Below are positions 1 to 8,711 of a stretch of 64,000 bases of DNA, in pieces (the stretch's first letter is position 1; each line of letters starts with the position of its first letter). The position numbers were made by a program, and so were the translations under genes. The notes beneath the pieces are model-generated. The model had not been told where the DNA came from and searched no databases. It saw only the letters and a program-made list of their open reading frames with translations. Source of the stretch: Candidatus Altimarinota bacterium (lineage in GTDB: Bacteria > Patescibacteriota > Gracilibacteria > CAIRYL01); contig OZ252287.1 in assembly GCA_965250085.1 (NCBI GenBank), positions 224,001 through 288,000 of the forward strand. The letters are read 5' to 3'.

Positions 1-1570
1 CATTTGCAAGACTTTTGCAGATTTCTTTTTCCAACTCTCGAAATGCATCCCACCCGCCTTGTTCCACAATTTTAGAAATTGTTTTCCCAGATATTTTTTC
101 TATTTCTTGATCTGTATCCACAAAATCATGTCCGTACTTCTCTGCAAACGCTTTTCCTAAAGTCGTTTTGCCGCTTCCTCGCATGCCAATAAGTACAATA
201 TTCTTTTGGATCTTCCTCGGAATATCCACCCTGAGCGGAGTCGAAGGGTCTTGCCACTCCTCATACTCCTCCCAATATGTTGGATATGTTTTTCTGACAC
301 ATTCTGGATTTTGAATAACGACATCAGAAACAACTGCTCCGAGCACAGAAAAACACATAGCCACTCGATGATCATCATAGGTTTCTATCTCTGCTCCATG
401 AAGCAGACTTGGATCACCATGGATTTCAATTGCATCATTCCCAGACTCTATATTTGCCCCCATTTTTTTGAGGTTTTTAGTAAGTGCATGAATACGATCA
501 CATTCCTTGTATTTGAGGGTAGAAAGCCCTGTAATGCGAGACCGTCCCTCTGCACATGCAGAGAGTACTACTGCGGTCATTGCTGCATCTGGCATTAATT
601 CCAAATTGATTTCTCCCAGTGGTTGTAATTTCTTAGGACCGATCACAGATATCCCTCTTTGTCCTCCTTCCTTCGACCATGAGCTCAGGACCAAATGGTT
701 ATTAGGGGGATGCAGGGGGGGGCGCTCCCCGCTCTCCGCTCCTGACTCCCAACTCACATCACATCCCATTTTTTTGAGAACAATCTCTGCAAATTGAGCA
801 TCACCTTGGAGAGAGTTATGAGGAATATTCTTCATCACAACTTTGCCTCCCGTTATAGCAGCCAGAGCCATCGGATACGTTGCGGAGGTGGCATCTGCTT
901 CTACGGTATATTCCGAAGCAACAAAATTCTTGAGTATCTGAAAGGTCATCTCTACATATGGCTGAGAAACGAGGTTTCCTCGCACATCAATATTTATGTC
1001 AGGCAAGTGTGTTGCCAGTAGTAATAAGGCACTTACAAATTGCGATGAAATATTTCCAGAAATAGGAACTGTTTTGGAAGATATATTCAAATTTCCTTGA
1101 ATTCCAATAGGTGGAAATCCTTGTTTTTCTAAATATTCAACCTCTATGCCAAGATTCTGAAGAGCGTCTCCCAAATCTCTTATAGGTCTCTCTTGCATGC
1201 GATCATTACCACCAAGAAGAGTATTCCCCTTCCGAAGAATGCAAAGTGCTGTCAAAAATCGCAAAGTTGTTCCGGAGTTTTTACAGTCGAGTGTTATATC
1301 TCCAGTTTGCGCAAATCTCCCTTTTTCTCCGTGTATTTCAATATAATCATAATTCGCTCCCCCTGAATATTTTTCCTCTATAGAAACTCCGAGCTTTTTT
1401 AAAGCTTCTATCATGGCATCAGTATCTTCACTCTTCAAAGCTCCAAAAATCTGTATCTTTTTACCAGAAAGCGCAGCAAGTGGGAGCACTCGATTCGTGA
1501 TTGACTTTGATCCAGGAACGGTAAAACTTCCTTTCAATGGTTTTGAGAAAGGGCTAAGTTTGAGTTTCAT
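1..1570 (-). CDS. aroA: 3-phosphoshikimate 1-carboxyvinyltransferase fused to C-terminal shikimate kinase (AroA-AroK); 3' end beyond the window edge
   Basis: Not in the ORF track because there is no stop inside the window. Manual translation from ATG 1570 gives MKLKLSPFSKPLKGSFTVPGSKSITNR, then CKNSGTTLRF, MPDAAMT and YDDHRVAM. The same frame continues into NIVLIGMRGSGKTTLGK...FVDTDQEIE...GWDAFRELE (shikimate kinase P-loop). Confidence 0.93.
   Translation of the reverse strand, partial: MKLKLSPFSKPLKGSFTVPGSKSITNRVLPLAALSGKKIQIFGALKSEDTDAMIEALKKLGVSIEEKYSGGANYDYIEIHGEKGRFAQTGDITLDCKNSGTTLRFLTALCILRKGNTLLGGNDRMQERPIRDLGDALQNLGIEVEYLEKQGFPPIGIQGNLNISSKTVPISGNISSQFVSALLLLATHLPDINIDVRGNLVSQPYVEMTFQILKNFVASEYTVEADATSATYPMALAAITGGKVVMKNIPHNSLQGDAQFAEIVLKKMGCDVSWESGAESGERPPLHPPNNHLVLSSWSKEGGQRGISVIGPKKLQPLGEINLELMPDAAMTAVVLSACAEGRSRITGLSTLKYKECDRIHALTKNLKKMGANIESGNDAIEIHGDPSLLHGAEIETYDDHRVAMCFSVLGAVVSDVVIQNPECVRKTYPTYWEEYEEWQDPSTPLRVDIPRKIQKNIVLIGMRGSGKTTLGKAFAEKYGHDFVDTDQEIEKISGKTISKIVEQGGWDAFRELEKEICKSLAN
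227..248 (-). repeat. REP-like element CCCTTCGACTCCGCTCAGGGTG in the AroA-AroK linker (encodes DPSTPLRV)
   Basis: Imperfect palindrome sharing the core CCTTCGAC-n-GCTCAGG with the copy at 669-691, which is in the opposite orientation. Confidence 0.65.
651..722. repeat. Nested palindromic element inserted in frame inside aroA
   Basis: Outer arms CCCTCTTTGTCCTCCT and AGGGGGATGCAGGGGG enclose TCCTTCGACCATGAGCTCAGGAC. Encodes the non-AroA-like peptide RPPLHPPNNHLVLSSWSKEGGQRG. Confidence 0.65.
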
Positions 1571-1583
1571 GACTGAGCATTTA

Positions 1584-1629
1584 AATTTCCAATTTCTAAT
1601 TTCTAATTTCTAAATAAATCTTAATTCCT
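1584..1629. repeat. Heptamer tandem repeat (AATTTCT)n upstream of aroA
   Basis: AATTTCC-AATTTCT-AATTTCT-AATTTCT-AAATAAATCTT-AATTCCT; related array at 30775-30878. Confidence 0.7.
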
Positions 1630-1684
1630 CATGTCTGAAAAAATGATTGAGAATTCAGTGTTCAAAATTCAATATTGTTTTTCT

Positions 1685-1951
1685 CTACTTCTTTTTTCCA
1701 AAAAATATCTTATTCAGAGTGTGCCAAACACCTTTCTTTTTATGCTTTTTGCTCTGTTCTTTAATGGTCTCTCCTAGCAAAATACGGCTTTTTTCCCATG
1801 TTTCGAGTGTTTTTTTCTTTACCAGGTCTCTATTTTCCTTATCAGAAAGAGTCACTCCCAAAACCGAACCTATTGCACCACCAATAATCACTCCTGTGAG
1901 CAATTTTGAAGCCTTGCCTTCTCTCTTCTTTTTGTCATCTTTGTTTGCCAT
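1685..1951 (-). CDS. YtxH-like small membrane protein
   Basis: From ATG 1951: MANKDDKKK...KLLTGVIIGGAIGSVLGVTLSDKENRDLVKK (Gly-rich TM helix followed by a charged helix). Confidence 0.7.
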   Translation of the reverse strand: MANKDDKKKREGKASKLLTGVIIGGAIGSVLGVTLSDKENRDLVKKKTLETWEKSRILLGETIKEQSKKHKKKGVWHTLNKIFFGKKK

Positions 1952-2080
1952 ATTCGAGCAAAGTAAAAACCGAGCGCATTGTCGCGAAAAACAAAGAAAA
2001 AAACAAAGGAAAAACTCTTTTCTGTTCCATGAGATATGGTTCATGTTTTATACTCACTCTGCATCATTTTTCGCGAAAAA

Positions 2081-2632
2081 ATGGATCAGCAGAAAATTAT
2101 TGAAGCGACCAAAATAATTCTTCAGGCAATTGGAGAAAATCCTTCTCGAGAGGGACTTCGAGATACTCCAGAACGAGTTGCTCGATTTTGGCAAAAAGCC
2201 ACAGAAGGATACCAAGTAAATCCTAAAGATTTTATCACCGCATTTGATGGAGAAAATTATGACGAAATGATTCTCTGTCGGGATATTGAATTTCATTCAC
2301 TCTGCGAGCATCACCTCCTGCCTATCATGGGCAAAGCGCATATTGCTTATGTACCCCATAAAAAAATAATAGGACTTTCCAAACTTCCCCGTATTGTGGA
2401 AATGTTTGCTCGCCGATTACAAAATCAAGAACGCATGACCTCTCAAATAGCAGATACTATTCAAGATCTCTTAAAGCCAAAAGGAGTCGCAGTGGTGCTT
2501 TCCGCCAAGCACCTGTGCATGAGTGCGCGAGGAGTAGAGAAACAAAATGCAATAATGGAAACCTCAGCGGTGCGTGGACTCTTCAAAAAAGACGCTCGTA
2601 CCAGAGCAGAATTTTTTCAGATGATACGGTAA
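2081..2632 (+). CDS. folE: GTP cyclohydrolase I
   Basis: IGENPSREGLRDTPERVAR, SLCEHHLLP, IIGLSKLPR, RRLQNQERMT, HLCMSARGV; likely start ATG 2081. Confidence 0.97.
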   Translation: MDQQKIIEATKIILQAIGENPSREGLRDTPERVARFWQKATEGYQVNPKDFITAFDGENYDEMILCRDIEFHSLCEHHLLPIMGKAHIAYVPHKKIIGLSKLPRIVEMFARRLQNQERMTSQIADTIQDLLKPKGVAVVLSAKHLCMSARGVEKQNAIMETSAVRGLFKKDARTRAEFFQMIR

Positions 2633-2638
2633 ACGCCT

Positions 2639-3061
2639 TCATATCGTTTGCTCTCCCCGCAGTATTCTTCCAACGATATCTATCACAAAAGCAAGTTCTG
2701 TACTGACGGTAAGGAAGTCCGCTCTTTCTTCCCTTGAGATGATTCCTTTCTTCTTTGCCAGGCGCTCCATGACTAGCCGAGAGATCTCTTGTCGAACCTT
2801 CCATGCCCTGTCTTCTTCTTTTTTTTGTTCCTTTGAAAGCTCGTTCTGATTGGTGCTAAAATAACCTGTGAACTTTTGGTCAGGCAATTTTCCAAGAATT
2901 TCCCCTATTGAGCTCCTGCATTTTTCAAAACATTCTGCTACTTGATTGCTTTGATCCTCTTGCAAACCCCGTGATTGTGAACCAGGTTTTTGACGAGATG
3001 TTTCTATGCAAGAATCAACAAAGGATTGTTTCCAGTGGGATACTTCTTGCTGAGTTGTCAT
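2639..3061 (-). CDS. Hypothetical protein
   Basis: 140-aa ORF from ATG 3061, preceded by a consensus sigma70-type promoter; no recognisable domain. Confidence 0.6.
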   Translation of the reverse strand: MTTQQEVSHWKQSFVDSCIETSRQKPGSQSRGLQEDQSNQVAECFEKCRSSIGEILGKLPDQKFTGYFSTNQNELSKEQKKEEDRAWKVRQEISRLVMERLAKKKGIISREERADFLTVSTELAFVIDIVGRILRGEQTI

Positions 3062-3082
3062 GAAAAGTATAAAAGGGTAAGT

Positions 3083-3111
3083 TTTATAATAAATTTTTAA
3101 GCATTTGTCAA
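3083..3111 (-). promoter_or_regulatory. Sigma70-type promoter for the 2639-3061 gene
   Basis: Minus strand TTGACA-17 nt-TATAAA. Confidence 0.65.
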
Positions 3112-3205
3112 CATTTAGTGAACGTGTCATTCGCCATTTGGCGATCATTACAGACCCTGTAATCCGAAGATAGGTGGACTGGCAGGCAATTCACTGGAGA
3201 AAGTA

Positions 3206-3234
3206 TTGACAAAAAAACTTATAAGATGTAAAAA
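3206..3234 (+). promoter_or_regulatory. Sigma70-type promoter for the TPR gene
   Basis: TTGACA-17 nt-TAAAAA, about 28 nt before ATG 3263. Confidence 0.55.
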
Positions 3235-3262
3235 GATCCCCTTTTATATTTTTCATTTACAA

Positions 3263-4531
3263 ATGACAGAAAAAAAAACTTCTGCTTCGAAAGAGAGTAA
3301 AAAAACCGCAGAAAGTGCGGACAATCTTGCTGTTGAAGAACATCTTCTCAGAGATCTGATAGCAGCAGGACCGTTACCAAACGATATTGCATCTGCTGTT
3401 TATAAAAAATTCCAGGGTGTTTTTGACGAACACATAAAGCGGGATCCCAACAGTGCTAGTGCCCATGAATACTTAGGATATGTTCTTTCTCAACAAGGAA
3501 ACTATGAAGAGGCAGAGGCTTCTTTCAGAAAGGCGATAGAGCTGGATCCGAACAATGCTAGTTCCCATAACAACTTAGGATATGCTCTTAATAGACAAGG
3601 AAAACATGAAGAGGCAGAGGCTTCTTACAGAAAGGCGATAGAGCTGGATCCGAACAATGCTAGTGCCCATAACAACTTAGGATATGCTCTTAATAGACAA
3701 GGAAACTATGAAGAGGCAGAGGCTTCTTGCAGAAAGGCGATAGAGCTGGATCCCAACTATGCTATTGCCCATAACAACTTAGGAGATGCTCTTAATAGAC
3801 AAGGAAACTATGAAGAGTCAGAGGCTTCTTTCAGAAAGGCGATAGAGCTGGATCCCAACTATGCTAGTGCCCATGAATACTTAGGATATGCTCTTAATAG
3901 ACAAGGAAAACATGAAGAGGCAGAGGCTTCTTTCAGAAAGGCGATAGAGCTGGATCCGAACAATGCTAGTGCCCATAACAACTTAGGATATGCTCTTAAT
4001 AGACAAGGAAACTATGAAGAGGCAGAGGCTTCTTGCAGAAAGGCGATAGAGCTGGATCCGAACAATGCTAGTGCCCATAACAACTTAGGATATGCTCTTA
4101 ATAGACAAGGAAACTATGAAGAGGCAGAGGCTTCTTACAGAAAGGCGATAGAGCTGTATCCCAACTATGCTAGTGCCCATAACAACTTAGGAGATGCTCT
4201 TAATAGACAAGGAAACTATGAAGAGGCAGAGGTTTCTTGCAGAAAGGCGATAGAGCTGGATCCGAACAATGCTAGTGCCCATAACAACTTAGGATATGCT
4301 CTTAATAGACAAGGAAACTATGAAGAGGCAGAGGCTTCTTGCAGAAAGGCGATAGAGCTGGATCCGAACAATGCTATTGCCCATAACAACTTAGGATATG
4401 TTCTTTCTCAACAAGGAAAACATGAAGAGGCAGAGGTTTCTTACAGAAAGGCGATAGAGCTGGATCCGAACAATGCTATTGCCTATCGCGGACTGGCAAA
4501 TGTCCTTGAAAAACAACAGAATGCGTCATAA
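3263..4531 (+). CDS. Tetratricopeptide repeat protein (about 10.5 TPRs)
   Basis: 34-aa units ASAHNNLGYALNRQGNYEEAEASxRKAIELDPNN; likely start ATG 3263 (MTEKK). Confidence 0.95.
   Translation: MTEKKTSASKESKKTAESADNLAVEEHLLRDLIAAGPLPNDIASAVYKKFQGVFDEHIKRDPNSASAHEYLGYVLSQQGNYEEAEASFRKAIELDPNNASSHNNLGYALNRQGKHEEAEASYRKAIELDPNNASAHNNLGYALNRQGNYEEAEASCRKAIELDPNYAIAHNNLGDALNRQGNYEESEASFRKAIELDPNYASAHEYLGYALNRQGKHEEAEASFRKAIELDPNNASAHNNLGYALNRQGNYEEAEASCRKAIELDPNNASAHNNLGYALNRQGNYEEAEASYRKAIELYPNYASAHNNLGDALNRQGNYEEAEVSCRKAIELDPNNASAHNNLGYALNRQGNYEEAEASCRKAIELDPNNAIAHNNLGYVLSQQGKHEEAEVSYRKAIELDPNNAIAYRGLANVLEKQQNAS
3439..4485 (+). repeat. 102-bp tandem repeat, 10 full units plus a partial unit
   Basis: GCTGGATCC(G/C)AAC recurs at 3541, 3643, 3745 ... 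4459 with period 102 and very high DNA identity. Confidence 0.97.
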
Positions 4532-4705
4532 GGAATCTTCTTTTGTTTTTCCTCTTTCACCTAAATACGGAAAGTGACTGGCACAGAATCTTTATCTTTA
4601 TTTGGTGATTTAGATCTAGGTGTATAACTCCTTCAATAAGAATTCAGGTCCTTCACTTTTTTTTAAAAAATGACTATGATATCTGCTGAAGTTTTTTGAA
4701 GTAAT

Positions 4706-5758
4706 ATGCCCATTTTGCACAACAGAAAAAATAAAGAAATTCTTAAGAAAAAGCTCCAAGAAGAGTCTTTTAAACGCATAACACTTTCCTTTTATCGATA
4801 TGTACATATTGATGATGTGCAAACGTTTCGCGATAGTCTCTATCTGAAATGGTCAGATCTCAAAATTTTTGGCCGTACATATGTCGCCAGTGAAGGAATC
4901 AATGCTCAAATCAGTGTTCCAGAACACAATTGGCAGGCATTTCTGAACCACATGAAGTCTCACAAGGAACTCCATGATATTCCTCTTAAAATTGCCATAG
5001 AAGACGATGGGAAGTCATTTTATAAGCTTATCGTACGCGTGAAAAAACAAATAGTTGCTGATGGTTTGCATGAAAATGAATATGATGTAACAAAGGTGGG
5101 GAATCACCTGACAGCCGAGAAATGGAATGAAGCTATGGATGATCCGGATACGATTATTGTAGACATGCGCAATCATTATGAGAGTGAAGTGGGACACTTT
5201 GAAAACGCTATTTGCCCGGATGCCGATACCTTCAAAGATGAACTTCCAATGGTAAAGGAAACATTGAAGGGTAAAAAAGAGAAAAAAGTACTTCTCTACT
5301 GCACAGGAGGTATACGATGTGAGAAAACGAGTGCGTACCTCAAGCACCATGGATTCAAAGATGTGAACCAGTTACATGGGGGTATTATTGACTATAAGAG
5401 ACAAATTGAAAGATCCAATCTCCCCTGTCGATTTCAGGGAAAAAATTTCGTTTTTGATGAACGCCGAGGCGAGCGCATTACTGACGATATTGTCAGTGAA
5501 TGCCATCAATGCGGGGGTCCATGTGATGAACATGTAAACTGCGAAAATGATGCTTGTCACCTGCTCTTTATTCAATGTAATGATTGTAAGAAAAAATATG
5601 ATGGATGCTGTACTTCCAAATGTCAGAAGACCATTCATCTCTCACCCGAAGAACAAAAAAAACTCAGAAAAGGAACGTCAAATGCCCCAGGCGTTTATAA
5701 AAGCCGGCTCAGACCAAAGCTAAAAGATATCATCTACAGCAAGGGTCACACGGAGTAG
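4706..5758 (+). CDS. trhO: Rhodanese-related tRNA uridine(34) hydroxylase TrhO/YceA family
   Basis: SFYRY, GRTYVASEGINAQIS, DMRNHYESEVGHFENA, LLYCTGGIRCEK, LHGGIIDY, GKNFVFDER and a Cys-rich C-terminus. Confidence 0.92.
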   Translation: MPILHNRKNKEILKKKLQEESFKRITLSFYRYVHIDDVQTFRDSLYLKWSDLKIFGRTYVASEGINAQISVPEHNWQAFLNHMKSHKELHDIPLKIAIEDDGKSFYKLIVRVKKQIVADGLHENEYDVTKVGNHLTAEKWNEAMDDPDTIIVDMRNHYESEVGHFENAICPDADTFKDELPMVKETLKGKKEKKVLLYCTGGIRCEKTSAYLKHHGFKDVNQLHGGIIDYKRQIERSNLPCRFQGKNFVFDERRGERITDDIVSECHQCGGPCDEHVNCENDACHLLFIQCNDCKKKYDGCCTSKCQKTIHLSPEEQKKLRKGTSNAPGVYKSRLRPKLKDIIYSKGHTE

Positions 5759-5766
5759 TGCAACTT

Positions 5767-6075
5767 TTAAAATATATTCAATATTCGCTTTACATCACCC
5801 TCTATCTGTTTTGTTATTTCATCGTCAAAAGATCCATTTTCTGATGATGAAAAAGTGAGAAGTGGTCTTTTGGACTTCCCAAACCCCTCTCTGTTTGGGA
5901 CAAGCTTCAACTTAAATTTTACATCTCCTTCCAAAGAATCCACAATTCCTTTTAATGCCTCTTCATTTTCTTGCACGGTATCAATCAATCTTTCATCAAG
6001 ATAGAGCGTATGTGTATACTCTGTGTTCTCGCCTGTATTATCTGAGGAGGTAACTGAAATTATCTCGGGCTTCAT
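5767..6075 (-). CDS. Hypothetical small acidic protein
   Basis: 102-aa ORF with ATG start filling an intergenic gap. Confidence 0.6.
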   Translation of the reverse strand: MKPEIISVTSSDNTGENTEYTHTLYLDERLIDTVQENEEALKGIVDSLEGDVKFKLKLVPNREGFGKSKRPLLTFSSSENGSFDDEITKQIEGDVKRILNIF

Positions 6076-6172
6076 AACGCTTTTTGTAATATTAAAACTT
6101 TATTATATTATTAAATAAAAACTCATTATTTACAAGAGCTCTTGAGGGAAAAACTTAAAAAATGTAACAAAA

Positions 6173-6661
6173 TTATCCCAAATCAGGAGCTTTACTTCTC
6201 TTTTTTTTAATTTGAATCTTTCGATGCCCTTCTTCTCCAATACTTTCGGTTTCAAGGCCTTCATATGTATTGGCAATGTACAGGTGGATAATGCGACGAA
6301 GAAACGGATTCATTGGTGGGAGAACCTGCGACATTCCTGTAGACTGTACCGCCTCACATTTTTCACTCGCAGCAGTAATCATGCGATCTTCTTGTCTCTT
6401 GCGGTATCCATTGATATCAACACGAACACTACTTTTTTCTCCAAAATCCTGCTTCCAGAGCAAACTCTTGACTACCGATTGCAAGGCACTCAGTGATTGT
6501 CCAAAGGTGCCAATCATCAAGGGAGCATCTTCTTCTTCTACTTCTACTTCTGCTCGAATAATCCCATATTGATCCTCTGCAACATGAATTTTTGTAAACG
6601 TTAATTCCATAACTCTCAGGAGTGCGCTGACGGTGTCTTTGACGACAACAGTTTTTTCCAT
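6173..6661 (-). CDS. Jag/KhpB (EloR)-like RNA-binding protein with KH and R3H domains
   Basis: MIGTFGQSLSALQ, VDINGYRKRQE, LPPMNPFLRRIIH (R3H), TESIGEEGHRKI. Confidence 0.88.
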   Translation of the reverse strand: MEKTVVVKDTVSALLRVMELTFTKIHVAEDQYGIIRAEVEVEEEDAPLMIGTFGQSLSALQSVVKSLLWKQDFGEKSSVRVDINGYRKRQEDRMITAASEKCEAVQSTGMSQVLPPMNPFLRRIIHLYIANTYEGLETESIGEEGHRKIQIKKKRSKAPDLG

Positions 6662-6806
6662 ACAGAAAAAATAAGATTATTAAAAAAAAGAGGAAAGAAG
6701 AGGTGAAAATAAAGTTAAGATCTCGTTTTTTACTTTAATTTATGACAAAATATGATTCCAGTGCGGACGGCATTGTACCAAGTTTTTGTAAAATTTAAAG
6801 GAAAAA

Positions 6807-8126
6807 ATGTCCTTTTGTGACAAGACCAACATCACCGTGCTCTCTGGAAGCGGAGGAGACGGATGCGCTTCATTTCGCCGAGAAAAGTATGTCGCCAAAG
6901 GAGGGCCTCATGGTGGAAATGGAGGAAAAGGAGGTGATGTGATCATTATGGTAAATCCACACTTAAATTCTCTCATTGACCTGCATACCAAAAAATATTT
7001 TAAAGCCAATCCGGGAAAAATGGGATCGTCATATTTGAAAAATGGAGAATCTGCTGAAGATTTTATCATTGAAGTACCGGTAGGAACTCTCCTAAGTGAT
7101 CCGGACACAGAGGAAGTAATAGCTGATTTGAATACAGACAACATGTCTGTCATCGTGGCACATGGAGGACGAGGTGGCTACGGAAATGCGCATTTTACAT
7201 CATCAACCAGACAGGCTCCCCGATTTGCAGAGCTTGGAGAGCCGGGAGAAGAAATATCTCTTACCTTGGAACTCCAGCTCGTTGCTGATATTGGAATTAT
7301 TGGCCTTCCAAGCGTGGGGAAATCTACTCTTATTTCAAGAATTTCGGCAGCGAAACCAAAAATTGCGGAATATCATTTTACAACTCTTGTTCCGAATCTA
7401 GGAGTCGTACGGCTTTCCTCTGGGAGATCTCTTGTCGTGTGCGATATCCCAGGACTTATCAAAGGAGCTCATGAGGGAAAAGGATTGGGCGATCAGTTTT
7501 TACGACATATATCACGAAGTCGAGTACTCGTGCATCTTGTGGACGTCTCACAAAAAGATCTTGCTCAGGACTACGCAACTATTCGCACGGAACTCAAAAA
7601 ATATTCAAAAGAGTTGTTTCAAAAAAAAGAAATTGTAGCATTTAATAAAATTGATACTTTGCAAAATGACAAAGATCTTCTCAAAATGATCACGAAGGAG
7701 TTTTGTCAAAAAACTCGCATTGCTCAAAAAAATATATTTTCCATCTCAGCAATCACAGGAGTTGGTATTCCTGAACTTTTGGAAGAGATGTGGAAAGGAA
7801 GTGCATTAGAAAAAAAATCACTCCAAAAACCACAACCGTCACTCAAAAAACAAGTAGTATTAAAACCGCACCTAAAAGACGCAGAATCAGCAAAAAAATG
7901 GCATATCGAGCCGGAAAAAAATGGATTTCGTATATACGGAACTCGTATAGAGCAAATTGCGGTCATGACGAATTATGAAAACCCAGAAGCGGTGATGAGA
8001 CTGAGAGATGTGTTTAAAAAACTCGGAATTGAAAAAGCGCTCCTCAGACTCGGTGCTCAGATGGGAGCAAAACTTTTTTTGAAAGATAAGGAACTTGAAT
8101 TTGTGCCCAGTGTGCTCAAGAAATAA
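6807..8126 (+). CDS. obgE: GTPase ObgE/CgtA
   Basis: Gly-rich Obg fold SFRREKYVAKGGPHGGNGG, GLPSVGKS, YHFTTLVPNLG, DIPGLIKGAHEGKGLG, NKID and a C-terminal OCT-like domain. Confidence 0.97.
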   Translation: MSFCDKTNITVLSGSGGDGCASFRREKYVAKGGPHGGNGGKGGDVIIMVNPHLNSLIDLHTKKYFKANPGKMGSSYLKNGESAEDFIIEVPVGTLLSDPDTEEVIADLNTDNMSVIVAHGGRGGYGNAHFTSSTRQAPRFAELGEPGEEISLTLELQLVADIGIIGLPSVGKSTLISRISAAKPKIAEYHFTTLVPNLGVVRLSSGRSLVVCDIPGLIKGAHEGKGLGDQFLRHISRSRVLVHLVDVSQKDLAQDYATIRTELKKYSKELFQKKEIVAFNKIDTLQNDKDLLKMITKEFCQKTRIAQKNIFSISAITGVGIPELLEEMWKGSALEKKSLQKPQPSLKKQVVLKPHLKDAESAKKWHIEPEKNGFRIYGTRIEQIAVMTNYENPEAVMRLRDVFKKLGIEKALLRLGAQMGAKLFLKDKELEFVPSVLKK

Positions 8127-8153
8127 TCAAATTATGATACACTTTCCCTGCAT

Positions 8154-8711
8154 ATGAAACTTCTTGTTTTCCTCGGAAACATCGGCAAAAAGTATGAAAA
8201 AACACGGCACAATGCCGGATTTTTGTGCGGAGATTCTCTTCAAAAAAAATGGGATTTTGAAGAGTGGAAAGAATCCTCCAGGTTTTTTGGAGAAACAACT
8301 CAAGGAATATATTTGAAAGAAAAATTATTGTTTCTAAAACCCTCTACACTCATGAATCGATCAGGAAAATCCGTGCGATCTGTGGTTGATTTTTATAAAA
8401 TACCACTTCAAGACATTGTGCTTATCTATGACGACAAGGATATTGAATTTGGAAAAGTAAAATATCGAAAAAGCGGCTCTTCTGGGGGGCACAAAGGAGT
8501 GAAAGATATTCTAAGAGTTTTGGGAACAGAGGATATTCAAAGAATCAAAATTGGGGTAGATAGTGAAAAAAGGGAGCAATACAACGAAACTTCAGATTTT
8601 GTGCTCGCAAAATTTTTACCAGAAGAGCGAGATGCCCTGCCAGAAATTTTTGAAAAAGCGTTAGAAAAAATAGAAGAAATAATACAAGAATCGAGTGATG
8701 CATCATCCTGA
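8154..8711 (+). CDS. pth: Peptidyl-tRNA hydrolase
   Basis: LGNIGKKYEKTRHNAGF, KPSTLMNRSG, SGSSGGHKG, RIKIGV, DFVLAKF. Confidence 0.95.
   Translation: MKLLVFLGNIGKKYEKTRHNAGFLCGDSLQKKWDFEEWKESSRFFGETTQGIYLKEKLLFLKPSTLMNRSGKSVRSVVDFYKIPLQDIVLIYDDKDIEFGKVKYRKSGSSGGHKGVKDILRVLGTEDIQRIKIGVDSEKREQYNETSDFVLAKFLPEERDALPEIFEKALEKIEEIIQESSDASS

Noticed and set aside
3439-4485. CRISPR array or diversity-generating retroelement
   Set aside because: The units are contiguous 102-bp coding repeats with no unique spacers. No cas or reverse transcriptase gene is in the window, and variants are not restricted to adenines.
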